UHGV virus genome: UHGV-0038964
Source of the DNA: a virus
Direction: 5' to 3' (one strand)
Length of the DNA stretch: 13,966 bases
Below the pieces are notes generated by a model. It was not told where the DNA came from, searched no databases, and was given only the letters and a program-made list of their open reading frames with translations. Shown here piece after piece: positions 7,604 to 13,966 of the stretch; the stretch's first letter is position 1; the number at the start of each line of letters is the position of its first letter. The position numbers were made by a program, and so were the translations under genes.

Positions 7604-7936
7604 TTAGTGAGTTAGCAGCTTCATTTTTTTGATGATTTCCGCATGAGCATCATCGTTATCAACACTTAGCTCGTTTAATGCTTCTCGCACTACATCAACT
7701 TCTTCAGGCTGAAAGAAGTCGTCGCGGTAATCACCAAATAGAACCGAAACCAGCCTGGCACCAGCAACATCAAGATTAGCGCTAACAGGTGGCTCGATAT
7801 CTCGCCCACAATTCCAGGCTTTTTGGGCTTCTTCCAGCGTGTAAACATGAGCGCGATCGATATCAGAGCTGTAACCATTGCCGTTATGGCAATGGAATGA
7901 AGCGTTATTACCCACAGTTTCACGCGAGCACATCAT
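7604..7936 (-). CDS. Hypothetical acidic protein (about 110 aa)
   Basis: The track ORF begins at a TTG (7978) overlapping the upstream gene; the first ATG pair at 7931-7936 lies just after that gene's stop, so the start is placed there. Confidence 0.45.
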   Translation of the reverse strand: MMCSRETVGNNASFHCHNGNGYSSDIDRAHVYTLEEAQKAWNCGRDIEPPVSANLDVAGARLVSVLFGDYRDDFFQPEEVDVVREALNELSVDNDDAHAEIIKKMKLLTH

Positions 7937-7946
7937 GTAAAAACGG

Positions 7947-8528
7947 TTACTCACTGGTTGCCCCCTGAATACGCTCAAACTCGATTACCCAAACCCAGGG
8001 ATTAGCGTTCCAACTTTCTTCGCCATAAATTGATTCCCATAGGCTACGGAAACCTGGGTAATGCTTATCGCCAATGAGGGTAAATTCTGTTGGTGCGCCC
8101 TCAGCCCTTGCATCGCATTCGCTGATATCGTTCAACCGCTCAACGCGCACGTTGGTAATTTCCAGCAAAATGCGCGATGCCCAGCGCGGCATGTGAATTG
8201 ATGGCGTCCACTTTTCTGATACTGGCTTATTACAAACCTCAACCGGAACCCGGTGCGTTTGTTCTGTCCAGGAGTTACGCACGCTTGCGCGATAAACCAG
8301 CGTTGCGACGTCCGTCGCTTTGCCATGTACCCGGTAGGTTTCACGAACCCAAATACGATCTCCCGGTTGACCATATGGACAATGTTTAGCAAGCAACTCT
8401 GCGGCCACTGCCCGTCCATAGAATTTTTCTTCAACAATCCTGCGAGTCTGTGTTTTATTCCCGCCAAGAATTGCCCGGACCATCTCATCGTTGAAAATCA
8501 TGCCGCGCTCTTTCACTTCGCCTTTCAT
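7947..8528 (-). CDS. Hypothetical protein (193 aa), tentatively ASCH-like (N-terminal MIFNDEMVRAILGGNKTQTRR)
   Basis: ATG at 8526-8528 with AAGGGGGA upstream. The GxKT.TRR segment resembles the conserved ASCH/PUA-like motif; this is recalled pattern, not an alignment. Confidence 0.5.
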   Translation of the reverse strand: MKGEVKERGMIFNDEMVRAILGGNKTQTRRIVEEKFYGRAVAAELLAKHCPYGQPGDRIWVRETYRVHGKATDVATLVYRASVRNSWTEQTHRVPVEVCNKPVSEKWTPSIHMPRWASRILLEITNVRVERLNDISECDARAEGAPTEFTLIGDKHYPGFRSLWESIYGEESWNANPWVWVIEFERIQGATSE

Positions 8529-8537
8529 GCATCCCCC

Positions 8538-8624
8538 TTACCCATGCGCGACAATGCCGCCAAAAGTGATAGAGAACAGCCAGAAATAGATCGCGGCCAT
8601 AATGATTTTGAATGCCGTGTTCAT
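8538..8624 (-). CDS. Unannotated small hydrophobic peptide (28 aa): MNTAFKIIMAAIYFWLFSITFGGIVAHG
   Basis: ATG at 8622-8624 with AGGAG about 8 nt upstream; TAA at 8538-8540, overlapping the Shine-Dalgarno of the 193-aa gene; first ORF downstream of the C1-operator-like site. Confidence 0.35.
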   Translation of the reverse strand: MNTAFKIIMAAIYFWLFSITFGGIVAHG

Positions 8625-8652
8625 ATTTTCAGCTCCTGTGATTGATTGGATA

Positions 8653-8683
8653 CATGCCGCGCCTTGCGGCATGTTTTTATTTT
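8653..8683 (+). terminator. GC-rich palindromic hairpin (CATGCCGC-gcctt-GCGGCATG) followed by TTTTTATTTT on the + strand
   Basis: Read directly. On the + strand it has the form of an intrinsic terminator, although no convincing + strand gene precedes it; on the - strand it sits in the 5' leader of the operon, between the predicted promoter and the 28-aa ORF. Confidence 0.45.
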
Positions 8684-8706
8684 CACTTTCTCTGTTTTAA
8701 AAATCA

Positions 8707-8723
8707 ATATTTATTAGAGCAAT
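8707..8723 (-). promoter_or_regulatory. C1 operator-like 17-mer (minus-strand reading ATTGCTCTAATAAATAT) with promoter-like elements just downstream
   Basis: 16/17 match to the C1 consensus ATTGCTCTAATAAATTT. On the - strand it is followed by TTGATT, a 17-nt spacer and GAAAAT, a plausible -35/-10 pair for the operon at 5796-8624. Confidence 0.55.
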
Positions 8724-9166
8724 TATTGTTGATGGAGAAGCGCGTTTTCATACTCCCTGACCATTAACGTAAGCACGCCGTGCCTCCTGAAAACACGCGC
8801 CACTTCAATCTTATCTTCCAGCGCGAACGCGATTTTACTTAGACCAATTTTCTTAAGGAGATCAATCTTTGCTGGGCCGTCATTTCTGTCATCGGTGGCA
8901 GGACGCATAGATAGCAAAGGCTCAGCCCCGTTTGTTACGTACTTCCGCAGCCAGGCTCGTGTTTTATCCCTTGCGATCTCACAGCGCCCGGTTACAAACC
9001 AGACCGTGTAAACGTTAAATAACTGGCGCACAATATCAATAACTGGAGTTATGGGAGTATCAGTGTCACAGGCGAGATTAAACTCGTTCCAGTCCTTTGT
9101 TAATGCACCTTTACCTGGTGGCGGAAGCAAATGCAGTCTGTCTTCAGTTGCCTCTGATATTGTTCC
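8723..9166 (-). pseudogene. 3' portion of a HAD-superfamily (DxDGT) phosphatase gene split by the IS3-family element
   Basis: The reading frame is open from the insertion junction at 9166 to the stop at 8723. Joined to the opposite flank it reads ...PYIVIVDIDGTISEATEDR...VWFVTGR...DKTR...ATDDRNDG, the HAD motif order, resembling the phosphatase domain of polynucleotide kinase-phosphatase. Confidence 0.6.
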
Positions 9167-9184
9167 TGAATCGCCACAGATAAT

Positions 9185-10090
9185 CTAGACACTTCCGAGC
9201 CGCTGATAATATTGTTTTTCGTATTCAGTTGGTGGCATATGATCACTCGAACCATGCCGACGCTTACTGTTATAAAACATTTCGATGTAATCAAAAATAT
9301 CACCGCGAGCTTCTTCTCGCGTTCCGTAGATCTTTTTCTTTATCCGTTCACGTTTCAGTAACTGGAAAAAACTTTCTGCGACTGCGTTGTCATGACAGTT
9401 ACCGCGACGGCTCATACTGCCCTCCAGCCCGTGTGATTTCAGGAACGACTGCCACTCATAGCTTGTGTACTGACTGCCTTGATCAGAATGAACCAGCACC
9501 TGCTTTTGAGGATTACGTCGCCACACGGCCATCAGAAGTGCATTCAGGACAATATCCTTTGTCATCCGGGGCTGCATTGACCAGCCAATAACTTTGCGCG
9601 AGAACAGGTCAACAACCACAGCCAGATACAGCCAGCCTTCGTGAGTCCGGATGTAGGTGATGTCCGTTACCCAACGCTCATCCGGTGCTTCCGGGTTGAA
9701 CTGCCGCTGGAGCCTGTTGGGCGTCACGATGCTGGTTTCACCCTTACGTGCCCGTGGGCTACGGTACCCGACCTGAGCCCTTATCCCGGCACGCTTCATC
9801 AGTCGCCAGACACGGTTAACTCCGCACTGTTGTCCGGTATCCCGCAGGTCGAGGTGGATCTTGCGATAACCATAAACGCAACCCGACTCCAGCCAGAACT
9901 GCTTTATCAGCCCCGTCAGTCTCAGGTCAGCATGATGCCGCCGTGAATCCGGCTGCTGAAGCTAGGCGTAAAAACCACTCGGATGCACATCCAGCACCCG
10001 ACAAAGCAGTCGGACAGGCCAGCAATGGGTGTTGTCACGGATAAAGGCGTACCTCAGTCGGACAGCTTTGCGAAGTACGCCGCGGCTTTT
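9185..10090 (-). pseudogene. IS3-family transposase orfB (DDE catalytic domain), interrupted by an in-frame TAG
   Basis: The orfB frame is open from the slippery site (about 10090) and reads ...LLCRVLDVHPSGFYA, then TAG at 9962-9964, then LQQPDSRRHHADLRLTGLIKQFWLESGCVYGYRKIHLDLRD... continuing into the track ORF 9185-9799. Confidence 0.7.
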
Positions 10091-10332
10091 TTTAATATGT
10101 CCCGTTCGTCGGTAACCCGCTTCAGCTCTTTCTGGAGGCGTCGGATCTCAGCCTGAGCGTCTGACTGGACTTTATTGGTTGAGGAATCCGGGCCATATGC
10201 CTTTATCCAGGCATAAAGACTGTGGGTGGTGATACCGAGACGTGTTGCCACGCTGGAAACAGAATGGCCGCGATCAACAACCTGTTTTACCGCTTCAATT
10301 TTAAACTCTTCGGGATAACGCTTACCGCTCAT
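10054..10332 (-). CDS. IS3-family transposase orfA (helix-turn-helix / leucine-zipper part)
   Basis: ATG at 10330-10332 with GAGAGG upstream (the track start at 10338 is a GTG); ends ...DILKKAAAYFAKLSD. The ATATTAAAAAAAGCC slippery heptanucleotide at 10085-10099 marks the -1 frameshift into orfB. Confidence 0.8.
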   Translation of the reverse strand: MSGKRYPEEFKIEAVKQVVDRGHSVSSVATRLGITTHSLYAWIKAYGPDSSTNKVQSDAQAEIRRLQKELKRVTDERDILKKAAAYFAKLSD

Positions 10333-10392
10333 GGGCACCTCTCTTTAAGTCATCTTAAATGACTCTGAGGTGTCTGTTAAACCCGTGGCGAT

Positions 10393-10461
10393 TCATCCAT
10401 CAATATCAACTATGACGATATACGGACGTTCCTGGTGTGCGTGTTTATTGAAAATACTCAA
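10393..10461 (-). pseudogene. 5' portion of the same HAD phosphatase gene (LSIFNKHAHQERPYIVIVDIDG), cut off by the IS
   Basis: In frame with the 3' portion once the IS and one TCC copy are removed. The only candidate start is the TTG at 10459-10461, with GGAGGG 4 nt upstream; the IS terminal TGA now supplies the stop. Confidence 0.45.
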
Positions 10462-10480
10462 ATGCCCTCCTCATTGGACG

Positions 10481-10513
10481 AAAAAAATGCTGGTGGGCGC
10501 ACTCCACCAGCAT
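10481..10513 (-). terminator. Intrinsic terminator downstream of the 420-aa gene
   Basis: Stem ATGCTGGTGG (10487-10496), 7-nt loop, stem CCACCAGCAT (10504-10513); on the - strand the stem is followed by a run of seven T. Confidence 0.6.
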
Positions 10514-10533
10514 TAAAAGTGACACTGTAACTG

Positions 10534-11796
10534 TCAGCGAACGTAAATAGTGCCGCCGTTCTCTTTTTCCCATGCATCGCTACGTGCATAGCAAACATCG
10601 AGAAGTCTTCTTGCCGCTGTTTCCTCTAAACCCAATTCGACAACCAACTGCTCATGACGGCGGGTAACCACATCAAACAGGGTATGCAGCCCTTTAGCTG
10701 CCAGATCATCAATAAATTCCGGTTCGAACGGCAGCTCTGCATCTGCCAACATAACCTCTTGCGCCCACTCGACACGGCGGACCAGTTCCGGGCGGCGGCT
10801 TTCCATCTCTTTACAGATCAATTCATGGAAGAACTCTACCCAACCTTCCGGCTGGAACTCGCGGAAAATGGCCAGCGGCTGGAAGTTTGGCATCAACCAT
10901 TCGTTGATTCGGATATCAATGGCATAGCCCATGTCGCAGCAGAACTGATAAGCAAAGTCCAGCTTAGAAACGATATAAGGACGCTCGTTATTGAACTCTT
11001 TAGGCGATGAGATCCCATAAGCCAGGAGGCGCGGGAAGAAGGAGATTTGCCCTAACGTCGGATGAAGTTTGCTTGCAGGGAAACGGCGCTCAGTAATGCC
11101 ATACATTTCCTTCTTGAGCGTCGCAAATTTGGCATTCTCATTAACCAGCGCGGTAACCTCTGCTTTTTTATTAGCAAATGCCACGCGCGCTTCGCTTGCA
11201 TCTTTAATAGTTTTTTTGAGCTGTTGGTTAAGATCGGCGACCTGCTTACGCAGTTCCTGTCGCTCGCTTTTAGCTTTGTTATAGCGTTTCTCAAGGTTAA
11301 AAGGATCAAGTTTCATGATCTCTTTATATTGAGATTTTAGCGTTGAAATCTGTGAGTTCCGCAGTTCAACCATCGCGGTCATTTCATTGAGTTTTGTTTC
11401 CAGCTCAATGCTTATACGTTCGGCATTATCAGCACGCTGGTTGGCGTCATGCGTCGCATCGTCGATCGCGTCCTGTTGCTGGCGTTTCAAATGTTCAATT
11501 TGTAGCTGAAGCTCTTCAATTTCTTTACCCTTCAGACCGAGATCCAACTGCATATTTTCAGCTGCATCTACCAGGGAGTTATGGCTATCAGCTTCTGCGT
11601 TATAAACATCAATAAGCTGTGCGTGAAGCATCTCCGCTGACTGAACCGCATTATCAAAAAAACGCGCTGTGAGGTCATCACAACTAACGCGGCGTTGCGC
11701 GGCCCGGATGTTCTGGATAATGGCTGGGATACCGGCATTCAGGACGTCAGGGATAGATACATTTTCGATTGATTGGTTTTGTGCTGAAGTGCTCAT
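10534..11796 (-). CDS. Hypothetical protein (420 aa): N-terminal coiled coil of about 200 aa plus a C-terminal globular domain
   Basis: Long clean ORF with its ATG at 11794-11796. Residues about 80-230 are heptad-rich and charged (EIEELQLQIEHLKRQQQ..., ERQELRKQVADLNQQLKK); the C-terminal half is aromatic and Cys-containing. No recognisable catalytic motif. Confidence 0.6.
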   Translation of the reverse strand: MSTSAQNQSIENVSIPDVLNAGIPAIIQNIRAAQRRVSCDDLTARFFDNAVQSAEMLHAQLIDVYNAEADSHNSLVDAAENMQLDLGLKGKEIEELQLQIEHLKRQQQDAIDDATHDANQRADNAERISIELETKLNEMTAMVELRNSQISTLKSQYKEIMKLDPFNLEKRYNKAKSERQELRKQVADLNQQLKKTIKDASEARVAFANKKAEVTALVNENAKFATLKKEMYGITERRFPASKLHPTLGQISFFPRLLAYGISSPKEFNNERPYIVSKLDFAYQFCCDMGYAIDIRINEWLMPNFQPLAIFREFQPEGWVEFFHELICKEMESRRPELVRRVEWAQEVMLADAELPFEPEFIDDLAAKGLHTLFDVVTRRHEQLVVELGLEETAARRLLDVCYARSDAWEKENGGTIYVR

Positions 11797-11797
11797 T

Positions 11798-12016
11798 TCA
11801 AAGTTCCGTATTAGCTTGTGCTTCGGTCATTTTTCCTAAGTATGAAGGTGGAAGGACTACGCAATTTGTATCCAGTCCCTCACCTATGGCAGCCTGTAAA
11901 ATTCTGGCTAAGGTGAGTCTCTTGTTGCGATACCTGGTGATTACATGCCTGATACCGCCGGTCGGCGTAACAAAGGCGATCAGCCAGTAGTGATATTTCC
12001 GTCGGAATGGCCACAT
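11798..12016 (-). CDS. Hypothetical small protein (72 aa), first gene after the paired C1-operator-like sites
   Basis: ATG at 12014-12016 with AAGGTG upstream; its stop lies 1 nt from the 420-aa start, indicating translational coupling. Confidence 0.45.
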   Translation of the reverse strand: MWPFRRKYHYWLIAFVTPTGGIRHVITRYRNKRLTLARILQAAIGEGLDTNCVVLPPSYLGKMTEAQANTEL

Positions 12017-12030
12017 AGCGCACCTTGTAG

Positions 12031-12096
12031 ATTGCTCTAATAAAAAACGTGATGAGTGTACATCACGTTTTAAAAATATGAAATTATTAGAGCAAT
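12031..12096. promoter_or_regulatory. Two inverted C1 operator-like 17-mers flanking a 10-bp-stem hairpin
   Basis: ATTGCTCTAATAAAAAA at 12031-12047 (+ orientation); ATTGCTCTAATAATTT as the reverse complement of 12081-12096; between them AAACGTGATG-agtgta-CATCACGTTT (12045-12070), which on the - strand is followed by TTTTTT. Confidence 0.55.
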
Positions 12097-12097
12097 A

Positions 12098-12799
12098 TTA
12101 TTCTGATTCTCGCTCAAAAAATGAGCTGATAAGGGGAAGCCAATCCTCTGACACTTCGCGAGGTCGCGGTTTGCCGTGGAAAAAGATTATTCGGCAGTCT
12201 TTTGGTAATGCCCCATTCCCCCTGGAGTAACGCGCGCTCGCATATTTTGAACCAGGTTCCACAACATCGGCCTTGTAACTTACAAACCATCCTGGATACA
12301 GATCCTGAAATGCTGGTGTATCATCGCCCATAACCTTTCGTAAGAACCCCTGGTCACCCCAGCACTCAGTAGTGACACAACGAGAAATCCAACCTTCCGG
12401 ATCTTGCCAGAATGAACTCCAGATATGCGCTTTTACACTATTTGGTATCCACAGGGCACCGCTACCACGATATTGTGGATGGTAAAAATCCCTAAGCATG
12501 GTGAAGCTGGTTGGTGGATTCTCAAGGATTGGGCGTATATCACCGGCAATAACTGTGTCCAAATCCAGATAGAACAGATCATCTGTTATATCCGGTCGGA
12601 ACAACTCGATTTTCGTCCACCAGCCACGGCACTTTTGCCACTGGTTGATCAATGGGACAACTTTGACGCCAGGTACATGTAAACGCTTCAGGTCTGTCAG
12701 GCAAATAATTTCATAGCCTTTTGGCAGTTGATTAACCAGCCACTGCACATCGGAAGCGTTATAGTCACCACCAGAGCGAAGAACTAAAGCAATCTTCAT
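12098..12799 (-). CDS. Hypothetical protein (233 aa), tentatively a nucleotide-sugar (DxD) transferase-like protein
   Basis: ATG at 12797-12799 overlaps the ppp stop (ATGA coupling). The segment [13 protein letters not shown] resembles a DxD glycosyltransferase motif; the assignment is weak. Confidence 0.5.
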   Translation of the reverse strand: MKIALVLRSGGDYNASDVQWLVNQLPKGYEIICLTDLKRLHVPGVKVVPLINQWQKCRGWWTKIELFRPDITDDLFYLDLDTVIAGDIRPILENPPTSFTMLRDFYHPQYRGSGALWIPNSVKAHIWSSFWQDPEGWISRCVTTECWGDQGFLRKVMGDDTPAFQDLYPGWFVSYKADVVEPGSKYASARYSRGNGALPKDCRIIFFHGKPRPREVSEDWLPLISSFFERESE

Positions 12800-13488
12800 G
12801 CTGCACCATCACCTTTCACTTTCATCAATGTCAGGTTTCCGCAAAATACGGCACCAGTGTCGATATAATGCTGATTCCAGAATGTCTTCGGGCTTTTCAC
12901 CGGAGTGTGACCAAAGATAAAACGATCTGCGCCCGAAATTTCGCCACCAATATCATCCATCGAATCACTGATACGCTCGCGCGCCCAGACAACGTTGAAA
13001 AGCGGCACCTCCTTACCGAATTGATATTCATTATCCGGATAGTCGGCATGGGCTATAACGATAGTTTCTTGCCCGGTGTTCAACTCAATGATATAGGGCA
13101 GTCGTCTTACCAACTCCACCAGCGCCCTGGCTAATATTTCCTGATCAGCGTCCAGCATGAAGAACCATTGACCGCCATTCATTAGCCAATTATTCACGTT
13201 GCCATCAGGACTTAACGCATCAATCATCAGCCGCTCATGGTTGCCCATAACCGCTCTGAACCATGGCATCTGCAATAGCTCCAAGCATTTAACATTTTCG
13301 GTGCCGCGATCGATAAGGTCGCCGACCGATATCAGTAAATCCTGCGCAGGGTCAAAATCCACACGATGGAGTTCGGACATCAGTCTGGTGTAGCAACCAT
13401 GCAGATCACCAACAACCCAGATATTCCTGTATTTGGTACCGTCGATACGGTGATAAATTGTTGGTGCCATCATGTATTCTTCAGCCAT
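12796..13488 (-). CDS. ppp: Ser/Thr protein phosphatase of the lambda-phosphatase (PPP/calcineurin-like metallophosphatase) family
   Basis: All three signature motifs are present: GDLHGC, GDLIDRG and GNHE. The start may instead be the ATG at 13471-13473 (MMAPTIY...), which overlaps the upstream stop (ATGA). Confidence 0.85.
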   Translation of the reverse strand: MAEEYMMAPTIYHRIDGTKYRNIWVVGDLHGCYTRLMSELHRVDFDPAQDLLISVGDLIDRGTENVKCLELLQMPWFRAVMGNHERLMIDALSPDGNVNNWLMNGGQWFFMLDADQEILARALVELVRRLPYIIELNTGQETIVIAHADYPDNEYQFGKEVPLFNVVWARERISDSMDDIGGEISGADRFIFGHTPVKSPKTFWNQHYIDTGAVFCGNLTLMKVKGDGAA

Positions 13489-13814
13489 TCTTTAAGAGTC
13501 ATCTGCGGAATACCTCCCATTTTCCCGCATGAAACAACGTCAATCTGTTCACGCGCAGACTGGAATAACAAAGGCAGGTGACTTAGATTTTTTGGCGTGC
13601 CGCCGGAATGAACGCGTGGTTCTTGCGTAGCGTCAACGCCCACCAGGGCTACATGTTTGAATCCGATATGGAAAGCCAGGTTCAGAGCACCATATGCACT
13701 ATTGCCGCTGGCAATTTCATTCTCATCTTCGCAAAGGCCGAAATGTGCGGACCAGCGCCACGCCCACCACTCGGGAGAATTCGTATTTTTTGGCTCCGTG
13801 CCGCGCTCAGCCAC
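13470..13814 (-). CDS. Hypothetical protein (about 114 aa), start uncertain
   Basis: The frame opens after a stop at 13884-13886; the first candidate start is a GTG at 13812-13814 with a poor Shine-Dalgarno. An overlapping ORF in another frame (13682-13894) begins with ATG, so a frameshift or wrong start is possible. Confidence 0.35.
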   Translation of the reverse strand: MAERGTEPKNTNSPEWWAWRWSAHFGLCEDENEIASGNSAYGALNLAFHIGFKHVALVGVDATQEPRVHSGGTPKNLSHLPLLFQSAREQIDVVSCGKMGGIPQMTLKEWLKNT

Positions 13815-13966
13815 ACGACGGAAGCACAGAACGCCGTCTCTGACCTCACGTTCTTTAACATCGGGTAACCTTTTTTCTGCCCTTCAGCCTTCATTTTCCC
13901 GGCGGTTGCTTTTGAACGTTTCCCTCTGAAGTGGTTTACTGAATTTGGCCACCTGAACAGAGGTGA

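Larger units (their letters stand above)
9167..10395 (-). mobile_element. IS3-family insertion sequence (1229 bp) with imperfect terminal inverted repeats and a 3-bp target-site duplication
   Basis: Ends are TGAATCGCCAC... at 9167 and ...GTGGCGATTCA at 10395 (5'-TG...CA-3'); TCC is directly repeated at 9164-9166 and 10396-10398; contains orfA and orfB with an A7G slippery site. Confidence 0.85.

Noticed and set aside
8253-8645. 130-aa + strand ORF ending just before the 8653-8683 hairpin
   Set aside because: Most of it is antisense to the 193-aa gene and it has no Shine-Dalgarno; I keep only the idea of a short non-coding + strand transcript, not a protein.
9229-9946. Plus-strand ORFs 9229-9591 and 9641-9946 inside the IS
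   Set aside because: They are antisense to the transposase orfB frame; IS3-family elements encode orfA and orfB on one strand only.
11052-11340. ORFs 11052-11309 (-), 11062-11340 (+) and 11069-11284 (+) nested in the 420-aa gene
   Set aside because: Alternative-frame artefacts of a coding region rich in Lys/Glu/Arg codons; the 420-aa frame is far longer and has proper start and stop context.
13682-13894. 70-aa minus-strand ORF overlapping the 13470-13814 ORF in another frame
   Set aside because: The two overlap by more than 130 nt and I cannot tell from sequence which frame is real or whether a frameshift joins them; only the longer one is listed, at low confidence.
1-13966. CRISPR arrays, tRNA or rRNA genes
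   Set aside because: No regularly spaced direct repeats and no cloverleaf-compatible or rRNA-like segments were seen on either strand.

Overview
This window reads as a segment of a P1-family phage-plasmid, not a chromosome; all calls are by eye from the sequence and from memory, with no database search. At the left, the immunity pair coi and c1 (+ strand) ends at a bidirectional terminator. Convergent on it (- strand) are an HNH-motif gene with an apparent frameshift, a small basic protein, the phd-doc addiction pair and the UmuD'-like humD behind a near-consensus LexA box, and further right the theta-subunit homologue hot. The right two-thirds is a run of minus-strand accessory operons ending in a lambda-type Ser/Thr phosphatase (ppp) coupled to a DxD transferase-like gene; two operon 5' ends are marked by 17-bp matches to the P1 C1-operator consensus. 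A 1229-bp IS3-family element with a 3-bp TCC target duplication has split a HAD-type phosphatase gene inside its DxDGT motif, and its own orfB carries an in-frame amber codon. No rRNA, tRNA or CRISPR array was found. The best candidates for an undescribed system are the two operator-gated operons: a dense eight-gene operon of small membrane peptides and unknown proteins (5796-8624), and a 72-aa plus 420-aa coiled-coil pair (10534-12016). I cannot assign a function to either from sequence alone. The terminase/late-activator block that I recall lying between doc and c1 in P1 is absent here.
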